Positions 8,264 to 19,312 are shown, counted from the stretch's first letter. The stretch: DNA of 64,000 nt from Thermoanaerobaculia bacterium (GCA_044226625.1 JBGAGQ010000011.1:32001-96000); one strand, 5' to 3'. Numbers and translations are program-made. Notes: generated by a model not told the origin, from the sequence alone.

Positions 8264-10882
8264 ATGATGTCGCCCGCCATGCCGCCACCCCTCGCTCCCC
8301 TGCCGGTCGACGAAGTCCTCCCCCGGCTCGTCGCCGCGCTGGCCCAAGGCGGCAACGTCGTGCTGCGCGCGCCGACCGGCGCCGGCAAGACGACCCGGGT
8401 TCCGCCGGCGCTCCTCGGAAGCGGCCTCGGCGCGAATCGCACGATCGTGATGACCGAGCCGCGGCGGGTGGCCGCACGCGCCGCGGCGCGTCGGATCGCC
8501 GAAGAGCAGAGGTGGACGCTCGGCGGCGAGGTCGGCTACCAGGTCCGTTTCGAGAAGAAGGCGTCGAAGGAGACGCGGATTCTCGTCGTCACCGAGGGGA
8601 TCCTCGTGCAGCGCTTGCAGTCCGATCCGTTCCTGGACGGCGTGGCGGCGATCCTTTTCGACGAGATCCACGAACGGACGGTCGCCGTGGATCTCGCGAT
8701 CGCGATGGCGCGCCGAGTGCAGCGCGAGGTGCGCCCCGATCTCTCTCTGGTCGCGATGTCCGCCACGCTCGACCCGGGACCCCTTTCCGAGTTCCTGGGC
8801 GGCGCGGAGACGATCGAAAGCGCCGGCCGGCTCCATCCGATCGAGATCCGCTACCTGGACGGCAGCGACCCTCTCGATCTCAAGACGGAACCGCGCGAGA
8901 TCGCCCCCCGGGTCGCCGCGGCGGTCGAGCGCGCGCTCGCGGAGGCGCCTGGCGGGGGAGGGGTGCTCGCTTTCCTTCCCGGGGTCGCTGAGATCCGTCG
9001 GGCGGAGGAGATCCTTGGCGGCCGCGCCGCCGTCGCGGGCTGCGCGATTCTGCCGCTCTACGGCGAGCTGGGACCGGAGGCGCAGGACGCGGCGATCGCC
9101 CCAAATGCCCGACGCAAGATCGTCCTCGCTACGAACGTGGCCGAAACCTCGGTGACGGTGGCGGGGGTCTCCGCCGTGGTGGACTGCGGTCTTGCCCGGA
9201 TTCTACGTTTCGATCCGGGAAGCGGCCTCGATCGATTGGAGCTCTACCGCATCGGCCGCGCGTCCGCGGATCAGCGCGCCGGCCGCGCCGGCCGCGAAAG
9301 GCCGGGGATCGCCTTTCGGCTCTGGCCCGAGCGGGAGCAGGCGGCGCGGCCCGAGCGGGAGCGCTCCGAGATCCAGCGCGTCGACCTCGCCGGCCCGGCG
9401 CTCGAGCTGCTCGCCTGGGGCGAGACCGATCTGGCCGGCTTCGGCTGGTTCGAGCCTCCCGAGCCCGCGGCGCTCGCCCGTGCCCGCGACCTGCTCGCAC
9501 GTCTTGGCGCGATCGAAGGCTCCGGCCTTTCGCCGCTCGGGAGGGCGATGGCCGGAGTCCCCGTCCATCCACGCCTTGCGCGGCTGCTGATCGAAGGGAA
9601 GCGGCGCGGCGTCGGGCGGGAGGCCGCGCTCGTCGCGGCGCTCCTCGGCGACCGGGACCCGTTTCGGCGCGGCGCGCCGGGGGGTGGGCGGAGATCGGCG
9701 GTCCACGTTTCGCGGTCGGACCTCCTCGATCGACTCGATGCGCTCGAACGATTCGAGAAGAGCGGCGGCCGCGAGACCTCCTCGGCCGCGGGCGAGCTTT
9801 CGGCGGGCGCCGCGCGATTCGTGATCCAAGCGGCCCGCCAGATCGAACGCTCGGTGGCGGAGACGCCGGACGAAAAAGGCGGGAGGGGACTTCTCCCCAT
9901 AACCGACCGGGACGCCGCCCTGCTGGCGGCGGTCGGTGCCGCCTGGCCCGATCGGATCGCCCGCCGCCGCGAGCCCGGAAGTCCGAGGGCGGTGATGGTC
10001 GGGGGGCGCGGCGTTCGACTCGGCGAGGAAAGCGCGGTCTCGACCGCCGAGCTGTTCGTCTGCGTCGACCTCGACGGCCGCCCGTCAGCGGGAGGCGAAG
10101 CCAGGGTGCGCCTCGCTTCGGCGATCGACCCGGACGACCTGCCGCGCGAGCTCCGGCGGGAGGAGATGGAGGTCCGCTTCGATTCCGAACGAGATCGGGC
10201 GGTCGCCCTGTGCCGCACGATGTACGACGATCTGGTCCTCGCCGAGCGAGAGGTTCCTCCGCCCGCGGAGGAGGCCGCGCGGGTCCTCGCCGAGGCGGCC
10301 GGCCGCGACCTCGAACGCGCGTTGGGGTTGGACGAACCGGAGATCGCCGGTTTTCTCGCCCGCTGGCGATGGTTGGCGCGAGCCATGCCGGATCTCGGTC
10401 TGCCGCCGGCGGGGGAAGCGGAGATCCGCGCCCTGCTGCCCGAGCTCGCGCGGGGGCGGCGCTCGTTCGCCGATCTGCGCAAGGCGTCGCTACGGGATTT
10501 GCTCTCCGGCGCCCTGTCCTACCCGCAGATGCAGGCGCTCGCCCGCGAAGCGCCGGAACGGCTCGAGGTACCGAGCGGCAGCTCGATCCGGCTCGAATAT
10601 CCGGTTGAAGGCGACGGCTCCCCGGTTCTCGCGGTGCGCATCCAGGAGCTGTTCGGCCTCGCCGAGACGCCGCGCGTGGCGGCCGGGCGGGTGCCCGTCC
10701 TGCTTCATCTGCTCGCGCCGAACTACCGACCGCAGCAAGTGACGCGCGATCTCGCGAGCTTCTGGGCGAACACCTACCCGCAGGTCAAGAAAGAGCTTCA
10801 AGGACGCTACCCGAAACACTCTTGGCCGGACGATCCGCGAACCGCCGTTCCCGAGCGTCGCCCGCGGCGAAAAACCGGCTAA
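8264..10882 (+). CDS. hrpB: ATP-dependent helicase HrpB
   Basis: APTGAGKTT, DEIH, MSAT, TNVAETS, QRAGRAGR; C-terminal DLASFWANTYPQVKKELQGRYPKHSWP. Confidence 0.95.
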   Translation: MMSPAMPPPLAPLPVDEVLPRLVAALAQGGNVVLRAPTGAGKTTRVPPALLGSGLGANRTIVMTEPRRVAARAAARRIAEEQRWTLGGEVGYQVRFEKKASKETRILVVTEGILVQRLQSDPFLDGVAAILFDEIHERTVAVDLAIAMARRVQREVRPDLSLVAMSATLDPGPLSEFLGGAETIESAGRLHPIEIRYLDGSDPLDLKTEPREIAPRVAAAVERALAEAPGGGGVLAFLPGVAEIRRAEEILGGRAAVAGCAILPLYGELGPEAQDAAIAPNARRKIVLATNVAETSVTVAGVSAVVDCGLARILRFDPGSGLDRLELYRIGRASADQRAGRAGRERPGIAFRLWPEREQAARPERERSEIQRVDLAGPALELLAWGETDLAGFGWFEPPEPAALARARDLLARLGAIEGSGLSPLGRAMAGVPVHPRLARLLIEGKRRGVGREAALVAALLGDRDPFRRGAPGGGRRSAVHVSRSDLLDRLDALERFEKSGGRETSSAAGELSAGAARFVIQAARQIERSVAETPDEKGGRGLLPITDRDAALLAAVGAAWPDRIARRREPGSPRAVMVGGRGVRLGEESAVSTAELFVCVDLDGRPSAGGEARVRLASAIDPDDLPRELRREEMEVRFDSERDRAVALCRTMYDDLVLAEREVPPPAEEAARVLAEAAGRDLERALGLDEPEIAGFLARWRWLARAMPDLGLPPAGEAEIRALLPELARGRRSFADLRKASLRDLLSGALSYPQMQALAREAPERLEVPSGSSIRLEYPVEGDGSPVLAVRIQELFGLAETPRVAAGRVPVLLHLLAPNYRPQQVTRDLASFWANTYPQVKKELQGRYPKHSWPDDPRTAVPERRPRRKTG

Positions 10883-10917
10883 CCTGGTGCCTCCGAACTT
10901 CCTTTGGAGGATTCCCG

Positions 10918-12267
10918 ATGCGTAGCGTGTTTCTCCTATCTCGCCCCCTCGCGGCGGTGCTCTCGACCGTCGTGGTTCTGGCGGCCGGCATGGCCGGATC
11001 GAGAGCCAGGGCGCAAACTCCGCCGCCGCCCAAGGTGACCGTGATCAAAGCGGCGCGGCTGTTCGACGGCACCTCGGACCGCGAGGTGAAAAACGGCATG
11101 GTGATCGTCGAGGGGTCGACGATCAAGGCGGTCGGCTCGGGCCTCACGGTCCCGGCCGGGGCGGAGGTGATCGACCTCGGAGATTCGACGCTTCTCCCGG
11201 GGCTGATCGACAGCCACACGCACGTTTCTTTCGAATCGGGAGACAACTGGGCCGCCGACACGATCGCTCGCCTTCGACAGGGCGTGCCGGAACAGGCGAT
11301 CCGCGCCACCGCCAACGTACGGAAGACGTTGTTGGCCGGGTTCACCACCGTGCGGGACGTGGGCTCGGGCGAGTACGTCGACGTCGCGCTACGCAACTCG
11401 ATCGCCGCGGGGACGATCCCCGGTCCGCGGATGATGGTCGCGGTCCACGCGCTCGGAGCGCGCGGCGGCCACTGCGACGAGAGCGGATTTCCCTACATGT
11501 TGTTCGGCCGGGAAAGCGGCATCGAGGACGGCATAGCCTCGGGCGCAGACCAGTTCCGGGACGCGGTCCGTTTCCAGGTGAAGTACGGTGCGGACGTGAT
11601 CAAGGTCTGCGCGACGGGCGGGGTCCTGTCGCTCGCCGACGAGGTGGATACCCCGCAGGTGACGCAGGACGAGATGAACGCGATCGTCGACGAGGCGCAT
11701 CGGCTCAGGAAGAAGGTGGCCGTCCACGCCCACGGCGCCGAGGGGGCGAAGGTGGCGATCCGCGCCGGGGCGGATTCGATCGAGCACGGCTCGTTCCTCG
11801 ACGACGAGGGGCTCAAGATGATGAAGGAGCGCGGCACCTTCCTGGTTCCAACGCTACTGGCGGGCGAGTACGTCGCCGGCAAGGCCGCGGCGCGCCATTA
11901 TCCGCCCGAGATCGAGGCGAAGGCGAAGGCCGCCGTCGCGGTCCGCTCCGAGATGTTCAAGAAGGCGCTCGCCTTGGGGGTGAAGATTGCATTCGGCACC
12001 GACTCGGCGGTCTCGCCCCACGGACTGAACGCCGAGGAATTCAAGCTGATGGTCGACCTCGGCATGAGCCCGACCGCCGCGCTGCGCGCGGCGACGCAGA
12101 ACGCCGCCGACCTGCTTGGCCTGAGCAAGGCGATCGGCACGCTCGAACCGGGTAAGCAGGCCGATCTGATCGCCGTACCCGGCGATCCGCTGCAGAACAT
12201 TCAGACGATGGAGACCGTGCGCTTCGTGATGAAGGGCGGCCAGGTCGCAAAGAACGACCGCCCTTGA
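10918..12267 (+). CDS. Amidohydrolase (prolidase-like, exported)
   Basis: Signal peptide; PGLIDSHTH, AVHAHG, SIEHG, FGTDS; GGAGG RBS. Confidence 0.9.
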   Translation: MRSVFLLSRPLAAVLSTVVVLAAGMAGSRARAQTPPPPKVTVIKAARLFDGTSDREVKNGMVIVEGSTIKAVGSGLTVPAGAEVIDLGDSTLLPGLIDSHTHVSFESGDNWAADTIARLRQGVPEQAIRATANVRKTLLAGFTTVRDVGSGEYVDVALRNSIAAGTIPGPRMMVAVHALGARGGHCDESGFPYMLFGRESGIEDGIASGADQFRDAVRFQVKYGADVIKVCATGGVLSLADEVDTPQVTQDEMNAIVDEAHRLRKKVAVHAHGAEGAKVAIRAGADSIEHGSFLDDEGLKMMKERGTFLVPTLLAGEYVAGKAAARHYPPEIEAKAKAAVAVRSEMFKKALALGVKIAFGTDSAVSPHGLNAEEFKLMVDLGMSPTAALRAATQNAADLLGLSKAIGTLEPGKQADLIAVPGDPLQNIQTMETVRFVMKGGQVAKNDRP

Positions 12268-12428
12268 GCCGAGGGCAGAGGCCTCGCCGCGGGGGCCGCG
12301 GGGATCGTACCGCCGCGGCGAGGCCTCCCAGGTGCCAAGCGGCCGAGAATCGATTAGAATGCCGCTATGCGGCAAGAGTCTGCCGCACCCTGACAATTGC
12401 CGGACGCTCCGGCTGGGAGGCGGCTGCG

Positions 12429-13229
12429 ATGGCCCCTGAGATGAGAAAAGACGCTCAAGCGATCTGGATCACCGGAGCGGCCTCCGGTATCGGCCGCGAG
12501 ACGGCTCGGCTGTTCGCCTCCCGCGGTTGGAAGGTCGGCTTGATCGACGTGAACGAGCAAGGGCTCCAGGCGGTCGCCCAGGAGCTCGGCCCCGAGCGAT
12601 GCTTCGTACGCAAGCTGGACGTCCGCGACGGCGCCGACTATCAAAAGGCGGTAGCGGAGTTCGGAGCCTGGAGCGGCGGGCGGATGGATGCGCTGTTCAA
12701 CTGCGCCGGGATCATGAAGATGGGGCCGTTTTCGTCGACCCCGCTCGAAGACCACAAGCGTACGGTGGAGATCAACGTGCTCGGCGTGGTCAACGGCATC
12801 TACTCTTCGCTCGAGTTGCTCAAGAAAACTCCCCGCGCCCACGTCGTCTCGATGGGCTCGGCCTCGGGGATCTACGGCGTGCCCGATCTCGCCACCTATT
12901 CGGCCTCGAAGTTTTTCGTCCGTGGGCTGACCGAGGCGCTCAACATCGAGCTCTCCAAGGACGACATTACGGTCACCGACCTGATGCCGCTCTACGTCGA
13001 CACGCCGATGGTCCGGACCCAGACCTATCGGGCGGGCTCGCTCGAAACCTTCGGCGCCAAGCTCACGCCCCAGCAGATCGCCGGGGTGGTCTGGAAAGCG
13101 GTCCACGCTCGGCGAGTCCACTGGGTGCCCGGCGCGCTGCTCAAGACGCTCAACTACATCGGCGGCGCGCTGCCGTTCGTCTCCAAGCCGACGATGAAGC
13201 TGGTCGACAGCCGCCGCAAGGCGAGCTGA
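12429..13229 (+). CDS. SDR family oxidoreductase
   Basis: TGAASGIG, NCAG, YSASK. Confidence 0.9.
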   Translation: MAPEMRKDAQAIWITGAASGIGRETARLFASRGWKVGLIDVNEQGLQAVAQELGPERCFVRKLDVRDGADYQKAVAEFGAWSGGRMDALFNCAGIMKMGPFSSTPLEDHKRTVEINVLGVVNGIYSSLELLKKTPRAHVVSMGSASGIYGVPDLATYSASKFFVRGLTEALNIELSKDDITVTDLMPLYVDTPMVRTQTYRAGSLETFGAKLTPQQIAGVVWKAVHARRVHWVPGALLKTLNYIGGALPFVSKPTMKLVDSRRKAS

Positions 13230-13230
13230 T

Positions 13231-14313
13231 TCAAGCCATCCTCGGATAGTCGACGTATCCCGCTTCGCCTCCGCCGTAGAACGTCGCCGGATTCGGCGCG
13301 TTGAGCGGCGCCCGCGCGGCGAAGCGCTCGGGCAGGTCGGGGTTCGCGAGGAAGGAAACGCCGAACGAGACCAGGTCGGCACGCCCTGACGCGAGCATCG
13401 CCTCCGCACTTTCCGCGGTGAAGCCGCCGTTGACCATCGACGGACCGCGGAAACGCTCGCGCAGATGGGCGGCAATCCGGCCCGTTTCGCTGTCCGGATC
13501 GGCGCTGCCCGGGACCACGAGGTGGAGGTAGGCGAGGCCAAACCCGTCGAGCATGCTCGCCGCCGTGCCGAACGTCGCGAACGGATCGGAATCTCTCATG
13601 TCGTTGAAGGGGCTGAGCGGTGACAGGCGAACTCCCACTCGGTTCGCCCCCCAGACCTCGGCAACCGCGGCCGCGACCTCCCGAAGGAAGCGGACGCGAT
13701 TCTCGGCCGAGCCGCCATAGGCGTCGGTCCTCGCGTTGGTTCCGTCGCGCAGGAACTGATCGATCAGGTAGCCGTTCGCGGCATGGATCTCGACCCCGTC
13801 GAACCCGGCGGCCAGTGCGCAACGCGCGCCGTGCGCGAACTCTCCCACCACTCCCGAGATTTCCGCGGTTTCGAGCGCCCGCGGCTGGACGTGCGGTTGT
13901 GGGCCGTCGGGCGTGCGGGTGTGCCCCGACGGGGTGATCGCCGAAGGGGCGACCGGCAGCTCGCCGTTCGGCTGGAGCGCCGGGTGAGAGATCCTTCCGA
14001 CGTGCCAGAGCTGCGCGAAGATCTTCCCCCCGCGCTCGTGTACCGCGTCCGTCACCCTCTTCCAGCCGGCGATTTGGGCGTCGTCGTAGATCCCTGGGGT
14101 ACCGAGATATCCGACTCCCCGCGGAGTCACTTGGGTCCCTTCCGTCACGATCAGCCCGGCGCTCGACCTCTGGCGGTAATACTCGATTGCCAGCTCCGCC
14201 GCGACATTACCCGCCGCCGCCCGGCTGCGGGTCATCGGCGCCATCACCATGCGGTTGCGAAGGACGTAGGGTCCCAGCTCGAAAGAAGAAAGAAGTTGGG
14301 GATACTCGTTCAT
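13231..14313 (-). CDS. Alkene reductase (old yellow enzyme, NemA-like)
   Basis: NRMVMAPMTRSR, QLWHVGR, EIHAANGYLIDQF, RTDAYGGS. Confidence 0.92.
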   Translation of the reverse strand: MNEYPQLLSSFELGPYVLRNRMVMAPMTRSRAAAGNVAAELAIEYYRQRSSAGLIVTEGTQVTPRGVGYLGTPGIYDDAQIAGWKRVTDAVHERGGKIFAQLWHVGRISHPALQPNGELPVAPSAITPSGHTRTPDGPQPHVQPRALETAEISGVVGEFAHGARCALAAGFDGVEIHAANGYLIDQFLRDGTNARTDAYGGSAENRVRFLREVAAAVAEVWGANRVGVRLSPLSPFNDMRDSDPFATFGTAASMLDGFGLAYLHLVVPGSADPDSETGRIAAHLRERFRGPSMVNGGFTAESAEAMLASGRADLVSFGVSFLANPDLPERFAARAPLNAPNPATFYGGGEAGYVDYPRMA

Positions 14314-14414
14314 CTCGTGCTCCATCGCCGCAAAGGCGGACTCAGATAGTTCTCGGTCGGAAAGTACATACCTGTAACAGGGGACAAAAAAAGAGAGACC
14401 CTCCCCTCGGCTCG

Positions 14415-14831
14415 TCACGGCTCGCGCACCAGCGACGCGATCCGGGCGAGCGCCTGTCGATCGGCCTCGGCGAAGCGCCCGAAAATCTGGCTCTCCGTTT
14501 CGGCCAGAACTTTGGACCCCGCGGCGTGTCGCTCCCGTCCCGCCGCCGTCAGAGCGGCCCGCACCGAGCGACGATCTTTCGGGTCGCCGAGGCGCTCGAC
14601 CAGCTTTTCCTCTTCCAGACGGTCGATCAGCTGGGTCATGTTCGAACGAACGCAGCTGCACCGCTCGGCGAGATTGCCAAGGGGCAGCGGATCGCCCGCC
14701 TCGACCAGGCGGGACAGCACGTTGAGTTTCGCGAGCGAAAGGCCCACCGCGTCGAGCGCGGTCTCGATTCGGCTTTCGACTTCCCGAGCGGTCGCCAGCA
14801 GAAGATGCGCAGCTGGCGGAGAATCGTTCAT
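14415..14831 (-). CDS. MarR family regulator
   Basis: GLSLAKLNVL, TQLIDRLEEEKLVER, DRRSV; upstream of the alkene reductase. Confidence 0.88.
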   Translation of the reverse strand: MNDSPPAAHLLLATAREVESRIETALDAVGLSLAKLNVLSRLVEAGDPLPLGNLAERCSCVRSNMTQLIDRLEEEKLVERLGDPKDRRSVRAALTAAGRERHAAGSKVLAETESQIFGRFAEADRQALARIASLVREP

Positions 14832-14903
14832 GCCTGTAGCATACGACTTCGAAGAATCGAGGGCAAGCGGGCGCCCGTGGGAGCGCCCGCCCGGACCGAC
14901 GGA

Positions 14904-16416
14904 TCAGCCGAGCTGAGGACCGGCGGCCTTGACCTCGGCCGAAACCCCGCTCGCGTACTTCTCGAAGTTCGTGACGAACATCTTCGCGAGCTCGTTCGCC
15001 TTCGCGTCGTAGGCCGCGGCATCCGCCCAGGTGTCGCGCGGGCGAAGCACCTCGTCCGGCACCCCGGCGACCGTCTCCGGCACGCTCAAACCGAAGATCG
15101 GATCGACGCGGAACGATCCCGAATCGAGCTCGCCCGAAAGCGCGGCATGCAGCAGGCGGCGGGTGAGCGAGAGCTTCATCCGGTTGCCGGTGCCGTAAGG
15201 GCCGCCGGTCCAGCCGGTGTTGACCAGCCAAACCTTGGCGCCCCCGTCGGCCAGGCGCTGGCCGAGCATCTTCGCGTAAACGCCCGGATGGAGGGGCAGG
15301 AACGGCGCGCCGAAGCAGGCCGAGAACGTCGCCTTGGGCTCGGTCACCCCTCGCTCGGTCCCCGCGACCTTCGCGGTATAACCGGAGAGAAAGTGGTACA
15401 TCGCCTGCTCGCCGGTCAGCCGCGCGATCGGGGGCAAAACGCCGAACGCGTCGCAGGTCAGGAACACGACGTTCTTCGGCTGCCCGGCGACCCCGGCGGG
15501 ATCGACGTTCGAAAGATGGGTGATCGGGTAGCTGCCGCGGGTGTTCTCGGTCTTCCGGTCGTCGTCGAGGTCGAGCGTCCGCCGATAAGAGTCGTATCCG
15601 ACGTTCTCGAGGATCGTGCCGAAGCGGCGGGTGGTCGAATAGATCTCGGGCTCCCCTTCCGCGGAGAGGCGGATCATCTTCGCGTAGCACCCTCCCTCGA
15701 TGTTGAAGACACCGTCCGGCCCCCAGCCGTGCTCGTCGTCGCCGATCAGGGTCCGCGCCGGGTCGGCCGACAGCGTCGTCTTGCCGGTGCCCGAAAGGCC
15801 GAAGAACAGCGCCACGTCGTCCTTGGTGGCGCCATAGTTGGCGCTACAGTGCATCGATAGGACGTCGTTTTTCGGCAGGACGTAGTTCATGACGGAGAAG
15901 ATGCTCTTCTTGATCTCGCCGGCATAGGCCGTACCGCCGATCAGCACGGTCTTCCGGTCGAGGTCCAGCAGGATGAAGACGCCGGAACGGGTGCCGTCGC
16001 GCTCGGGCTCCGCCTCCAGACCGCAGACGTCGAGGACCAGGAAGTCGGGCTCGAACGACTCGAGCGCCGCGCCGTCCTCTTCCCGCACGAACATGTTGCG
16101 CGCGAACAGGCTGTGCCAGGCCTTCTCGGTCACCACCCGGACCTTGATTCGATAGCGAGGATCGCATCCCGCATAGCCGTCGAAGACGAACAGATCCTTG
16201 CCCGCGACGTGCTCGCGCGCCCGCTCGTAGAGCGAGGCGAATTTTTCCGGGTCGAAGGGCTTGTTGACGTTGCCCCACCAGATGTCGCCTTCGCTTCCGG
16301 AGCTCTTCACCACGGCAGAGAGCGGCGGGAGAGAGATTCCAGTAGGCGGCGCGGGCGCGCTCCAAACCGTGTCGGTCGAGGCCGAAACGGCTGACGAAAG
16401 GTCCTTCGCTTCGCAT
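14904..16416 (-). pseudogene. pckA: Phosphoenolpyruvate carboxykinase (ATP), interrupted near the 5' end
   Basis: Body 14904-16313 has [32 protein letters not shown]. The N-terminus ([10 protein letters not shown]) is in another frame and the conserved TGRSPKDK segment is absent. Confidence 0.8.
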
Positions 16417-16657
16417 GCATTCCCCCGGGTGATGAAGTTTGGATCGACGTCAGGACGTACGTACTCTTCGTCGGATCTCGACGGATATCGAATCGCCTCG
16501 AACGGCGCGGCCGACCCGCGGCGCCGCGGCGCTCCCCTTCTCCAAGAAGTCAGATGAAATCAAAAAAGCCCAATAGAGTCGGGGAGAGTCCGTCCAAACC
16601 CTATACCGACCGGCGGTGGATCTTAGAGCATCCCGGCCGAATTGCTAGAGTCCCTGC

Positions 16658-17410
16658 ATGGCACCCCTGAGAATCCCCCCCGCCGTCGTCTTGGTGCGGC
16701 CCCGTGAGGAGGGCAACGTGGGCTCTGCCGCGCGGGCGATGGCGAACACCGGCCACAACCGCCTCCTGCTGGTCGAACCGGCGGCGCCGATCGGCGACAC
16801 GGCCCGCCGATTCGCGGTAGGCGCGCACCACGTGCTCGACTTCGCGGCGCGCTTCGGTTCGCTTGACGAGGCCCTCGCGCCCTTTCGCCGGGTGGTGGCC
16901 ACCACCTCGACGCGAGACCGCCGGCTCACGGTGCCGCTCTTGTCGGCGCGGGAGCTGCCCGCCCTGCTCGCGGAAGATCCGCCCGACCTTCCTACCGCGC
17001 TGGTCTTCGGCCCGGAGGTCGGAGGGCTCACCGGCGACGAGCTGGCCCTGGCCCACGCCGTCGTCCACATCCCCTGCGCGCCCGAGCAGCCGACGCTCAA
17101 CCTGAGCCAGGCGGTCCTGATCCTCGGCTACGAGCTGTTCCAGGCGCGTCGGGAGGCGGGGGAGGCGGCGAGCGCTCCGGCCGGCGCGGGCGCGCCGCTC
17201 GAGCCGGCGACAGCGGCCGAGGTGGAAGGGCTCTTCGGGCACGTGGCCCAAGTGCTCGGGCGGGTCGGCTTCGATCGGGACGACAGCTTCGAGGGCGTGA
17301 TCCGCGATCTGCGTGAGCTGGCAGGACGGACCTCGCTGTCGGTCCGCGAGGTCAAGATCCTTCGCGGCATCTGCCGGCGGACCGAAAACGCGCTCGCCGG
17401 CAGGCGATGA
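16658..17410 (+). CDS. TrmJ/LasT family SPOUT RNA methyltransferase
   Basis: VLVRPREEGNVGSAARAMAN, LVFGPEVGGL, LNLSQAV. Confidence 0.9.
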   Translation: MAPLRIPPAVVLVRPREEGNVGSAARAMANTGHNRLLLVEPAAPIGDTARRFAVGAHHVLDFAARFGSLDEALAPFRRVVATTSTRDRRLTVPLLSARELPALLAEDPPDLPTALVFGPEVGGLTGDELALAHAVVHIPCAPEQPTLNLSQAVLILGYELFQARREAGEAASAPAGAGAPLEPATAAEVEGLFGHVAQVLGRVGFDRDDSFEGVIRDLRELAGRTSLSVREVKILRGICRRTENALAGRR

Positions 17411-17420
17411 TCCGGGGGCG

Positions 17421-18047
17421 CTATTCGGTGTCCGGCTCTTCCGGCTCGAACGGCTCGGGCGCGATCGGCCGCTTGGTGTAGCCGCGCAGGAACATCCGTT
17501 CGGTGAGAGCGGCCATGCAGCGGCGCGCCACCTTGCGCACGCTCGAAGGGTGATAACCCATCTGGACCGCGACCTCTCCGGAATCGAGACCGAGCCGATA
17601 ACGGAGCCGCAGCAGCCGTCGACAACGCGGGGGTAGCCCCTCGATCAGATTGTCGAGATCCCAACGGACCTCGGCCTTTTCCTGAGGCGCCGACTCCGGT
17701 TCCGAGAGGAGCTCCAGGATCACCGCGTCGACCGAGTTGTAGAGATTGGTGTGCTTCTTCCGCCAATAGACGACGCAGCGGTTGCGCAAGGTGACCAGGA
17801 GCCACGCTTCCGGATCCTGGATCTCGCTCCATTTTTGGAGAGTGGAGACGAGAGCCTCCTGGACCAAGTCTTCCGCATCGTGCGCCGGTACGCGGTAGCG
17901 CGCGAGGATCTGCTTGAGCCGCGGCCGGAGCCGCTGCAGCAAATCCTCGATGGACTCCCGGACGACCCCGCGATCCGCGGCCGGCGTATCGGGGGCCACG
18001 GTATCGGAAGCAGGTCGATCGCTAGCGGAACGATTGGAGGCAGCCAT
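17421..18047 (-). CDS. ECF sigma-70 factor
   Basis: DAEDLVQEA...AWLLVTLRNRC (region 2); LPPRCRRLLRLRY...EVA (region 4). Confidence 0.85.
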   Translation of the reverse strand: MAASNRSASDRPASDTVAPDTPAADRGVVRESIEDLLQRLRPRLKQILARYRVPAHDAEDLVQEALVSTLQKWSEIQDPEAWLLVTLRNRCVVYWRKKHTNLYNSVDAVILELLSEPESAPQEKAEVRWDLDNLIEGLPPRCRRLLRLRYRLGLDSGEVAVQMGYHPSSVRKVARRCMAALTERMFLRGYTKRPIAPEPFEPEEPDTE

Positions 18048-18212
18048 TCGAGCGCCCTGGATTCACGTACCGCGAACGGTGGTTTCCGCCGCGAGCCTTT
18101 GATGATAACGCTTCGCACCGTAAATGCTAGTTGCCGCTTGCCGATTCCCCTCCGATCGAGCGAATTTCGAGGTGTCCGGGCACCCCGATCGCCGGTGATA
18201 TGCTGCCTCCGT

Positions 18213-18884
18213 ATGCTTTCGACCTTACCTTCGAGCCGGGCGCTCGTGGCGCTCTCGCTGTCCCATTCTCCGGTGATCGGGGTGGTGAGGACCGGCGATC
18301 TCGCCACGGCTCGCTCCCAAGCCGAGCAATTCATCGACGCGGGTCTGGAGCTGGTCGAGATCACCTTCACCGTCCCCGGCGCGGTCGATCTGGTTCGCGA
18401 GCTGCTCGCGCGCCGCGGCGGCGAGGGCGGTCCGTGGATCGGCATGGGAACCGTCACCACCAGCTCGCGCGCACGGGAGGCGGTCGCGGCCGGGGCCGAG
18501 TTCCTGGTCACGCCGAACGTCGGGCCCGAGGTCGGCGCGGTGGCGCGAGAGGCGGACCGCTTCTGGGTCTGCGGCGCCCTGACGCCGACCGAGATCGTCT
18601 CCGCTCACGAGTTGGGCGCCGATCTGGTCAAGGTCTACCCGTTGCCCCCCGTGGGCGGTGCCGCATATCTGGCGACGGTCCGCCAGCCCCTTGGAGACAT
18701 CCCCATGCTCGCTGCCGGCGGTTTCGGCATCGAGGAGATTCCGAACTACGCCGCGGCGGGAGCGTCGGCCTTCGGTATCGGCGGCCCGCTGGTGGGCGCC
18801 GACCGGGACGACACCCGAAAGCGCGTGGAGCGAGCGCTCTCGCTCGCCCGCGCAGCGCGGACCGCTCGCCCGGAGACGCGATGA
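18213..18884 (+). CDS. KDPG/KHG aldolase family
   Basis: VIGVVR, EITFT, IGMGTV, GALTPTEI, VKVYP; start approximate. Confidence 0.85.
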   Translation: MLSTLPSSRALVALSLSHSPVIGVVRTGDLATARSQAEQFIDAGLELVEITFTVPGAVDLVRELLARRGGEGGPWIGMGTVTTSSRAREAVAAGAEFLVTPNVGPEVGAVAREADRFWVCGALTPTEIVSAHELGADLVKVYPLPPVGGAAYLATVRQPLGDIPMLAAGGFGIEEIPNYAAAGASAFGIGGPLVGADRDDTRKRVERALSLARAARTARPETR

Positions 18885-19300
18885 CCAACCCCACGCCGCC
18901 CCGCCAACTGATCTTCGATTCGACCCCCGAGATCTTCGCAACCGACACCGGGGGATCGTTCGTCTTTCCGCTCGCGGTGGCCGGCAAGCTCTATCTCGCG
19001 ACCCAGTCCTACGACGAGATCCGCTTCGTCTTCTCCCTCTGGCATCCGTCGGGGCAGAAGACGATCGACCTCGATCGCGCCTACGTCGAGCTACGCGCCT
19101 CGTTCGATCCCGACGACGAGCACTGGACGAAGCTCGCGGAGATCGAGCCCGTGGTTCCACCGTATGCCGGCAGCGACAGCTTCGACGGTTGGATCGTTCT
19201 GCCGGTGCTCGGGGCGAACTGCGCGTTCGCGCTCGCCGGCAGCGGGTTCGAGGTCCGGTCGCGGGTGCAGATCCGCGCGAGCGCCTACTTCGTTTCCTAA
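18881..19300 (+). CDS. Hypothetical protein (139 aa)
   Basis: ATG overlaps the aldolase stop (ATGA), GGAG RBS, GC-rich third positions, protein-like composition. Confidence 0.7.
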   Translation: MTNPTPPRQLIFDSTPEIFATDTGGSFVFPLAVAGKLYLATQSYDEIRFVFSLWHPSGQKTIDLDRAYVELRASFDPDDEHWTKLAEIEPVVPPYAGSDSFDGWIVLPVLGANCAFALAGSGFEVRSRVQIRASAYFVS

Positions 19301-19312
19301 AGCGAGCTCCCG

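Noticed and set aside
13231-15690. 819-aa fused ORF, and similar long ORFs at 6741-8477, 39680-43348 and 58626-61436
   Set aside because: The N-terminal extensions are stop-free alternative frames over neighbouring real genes, which is typical of high-GC DNA.
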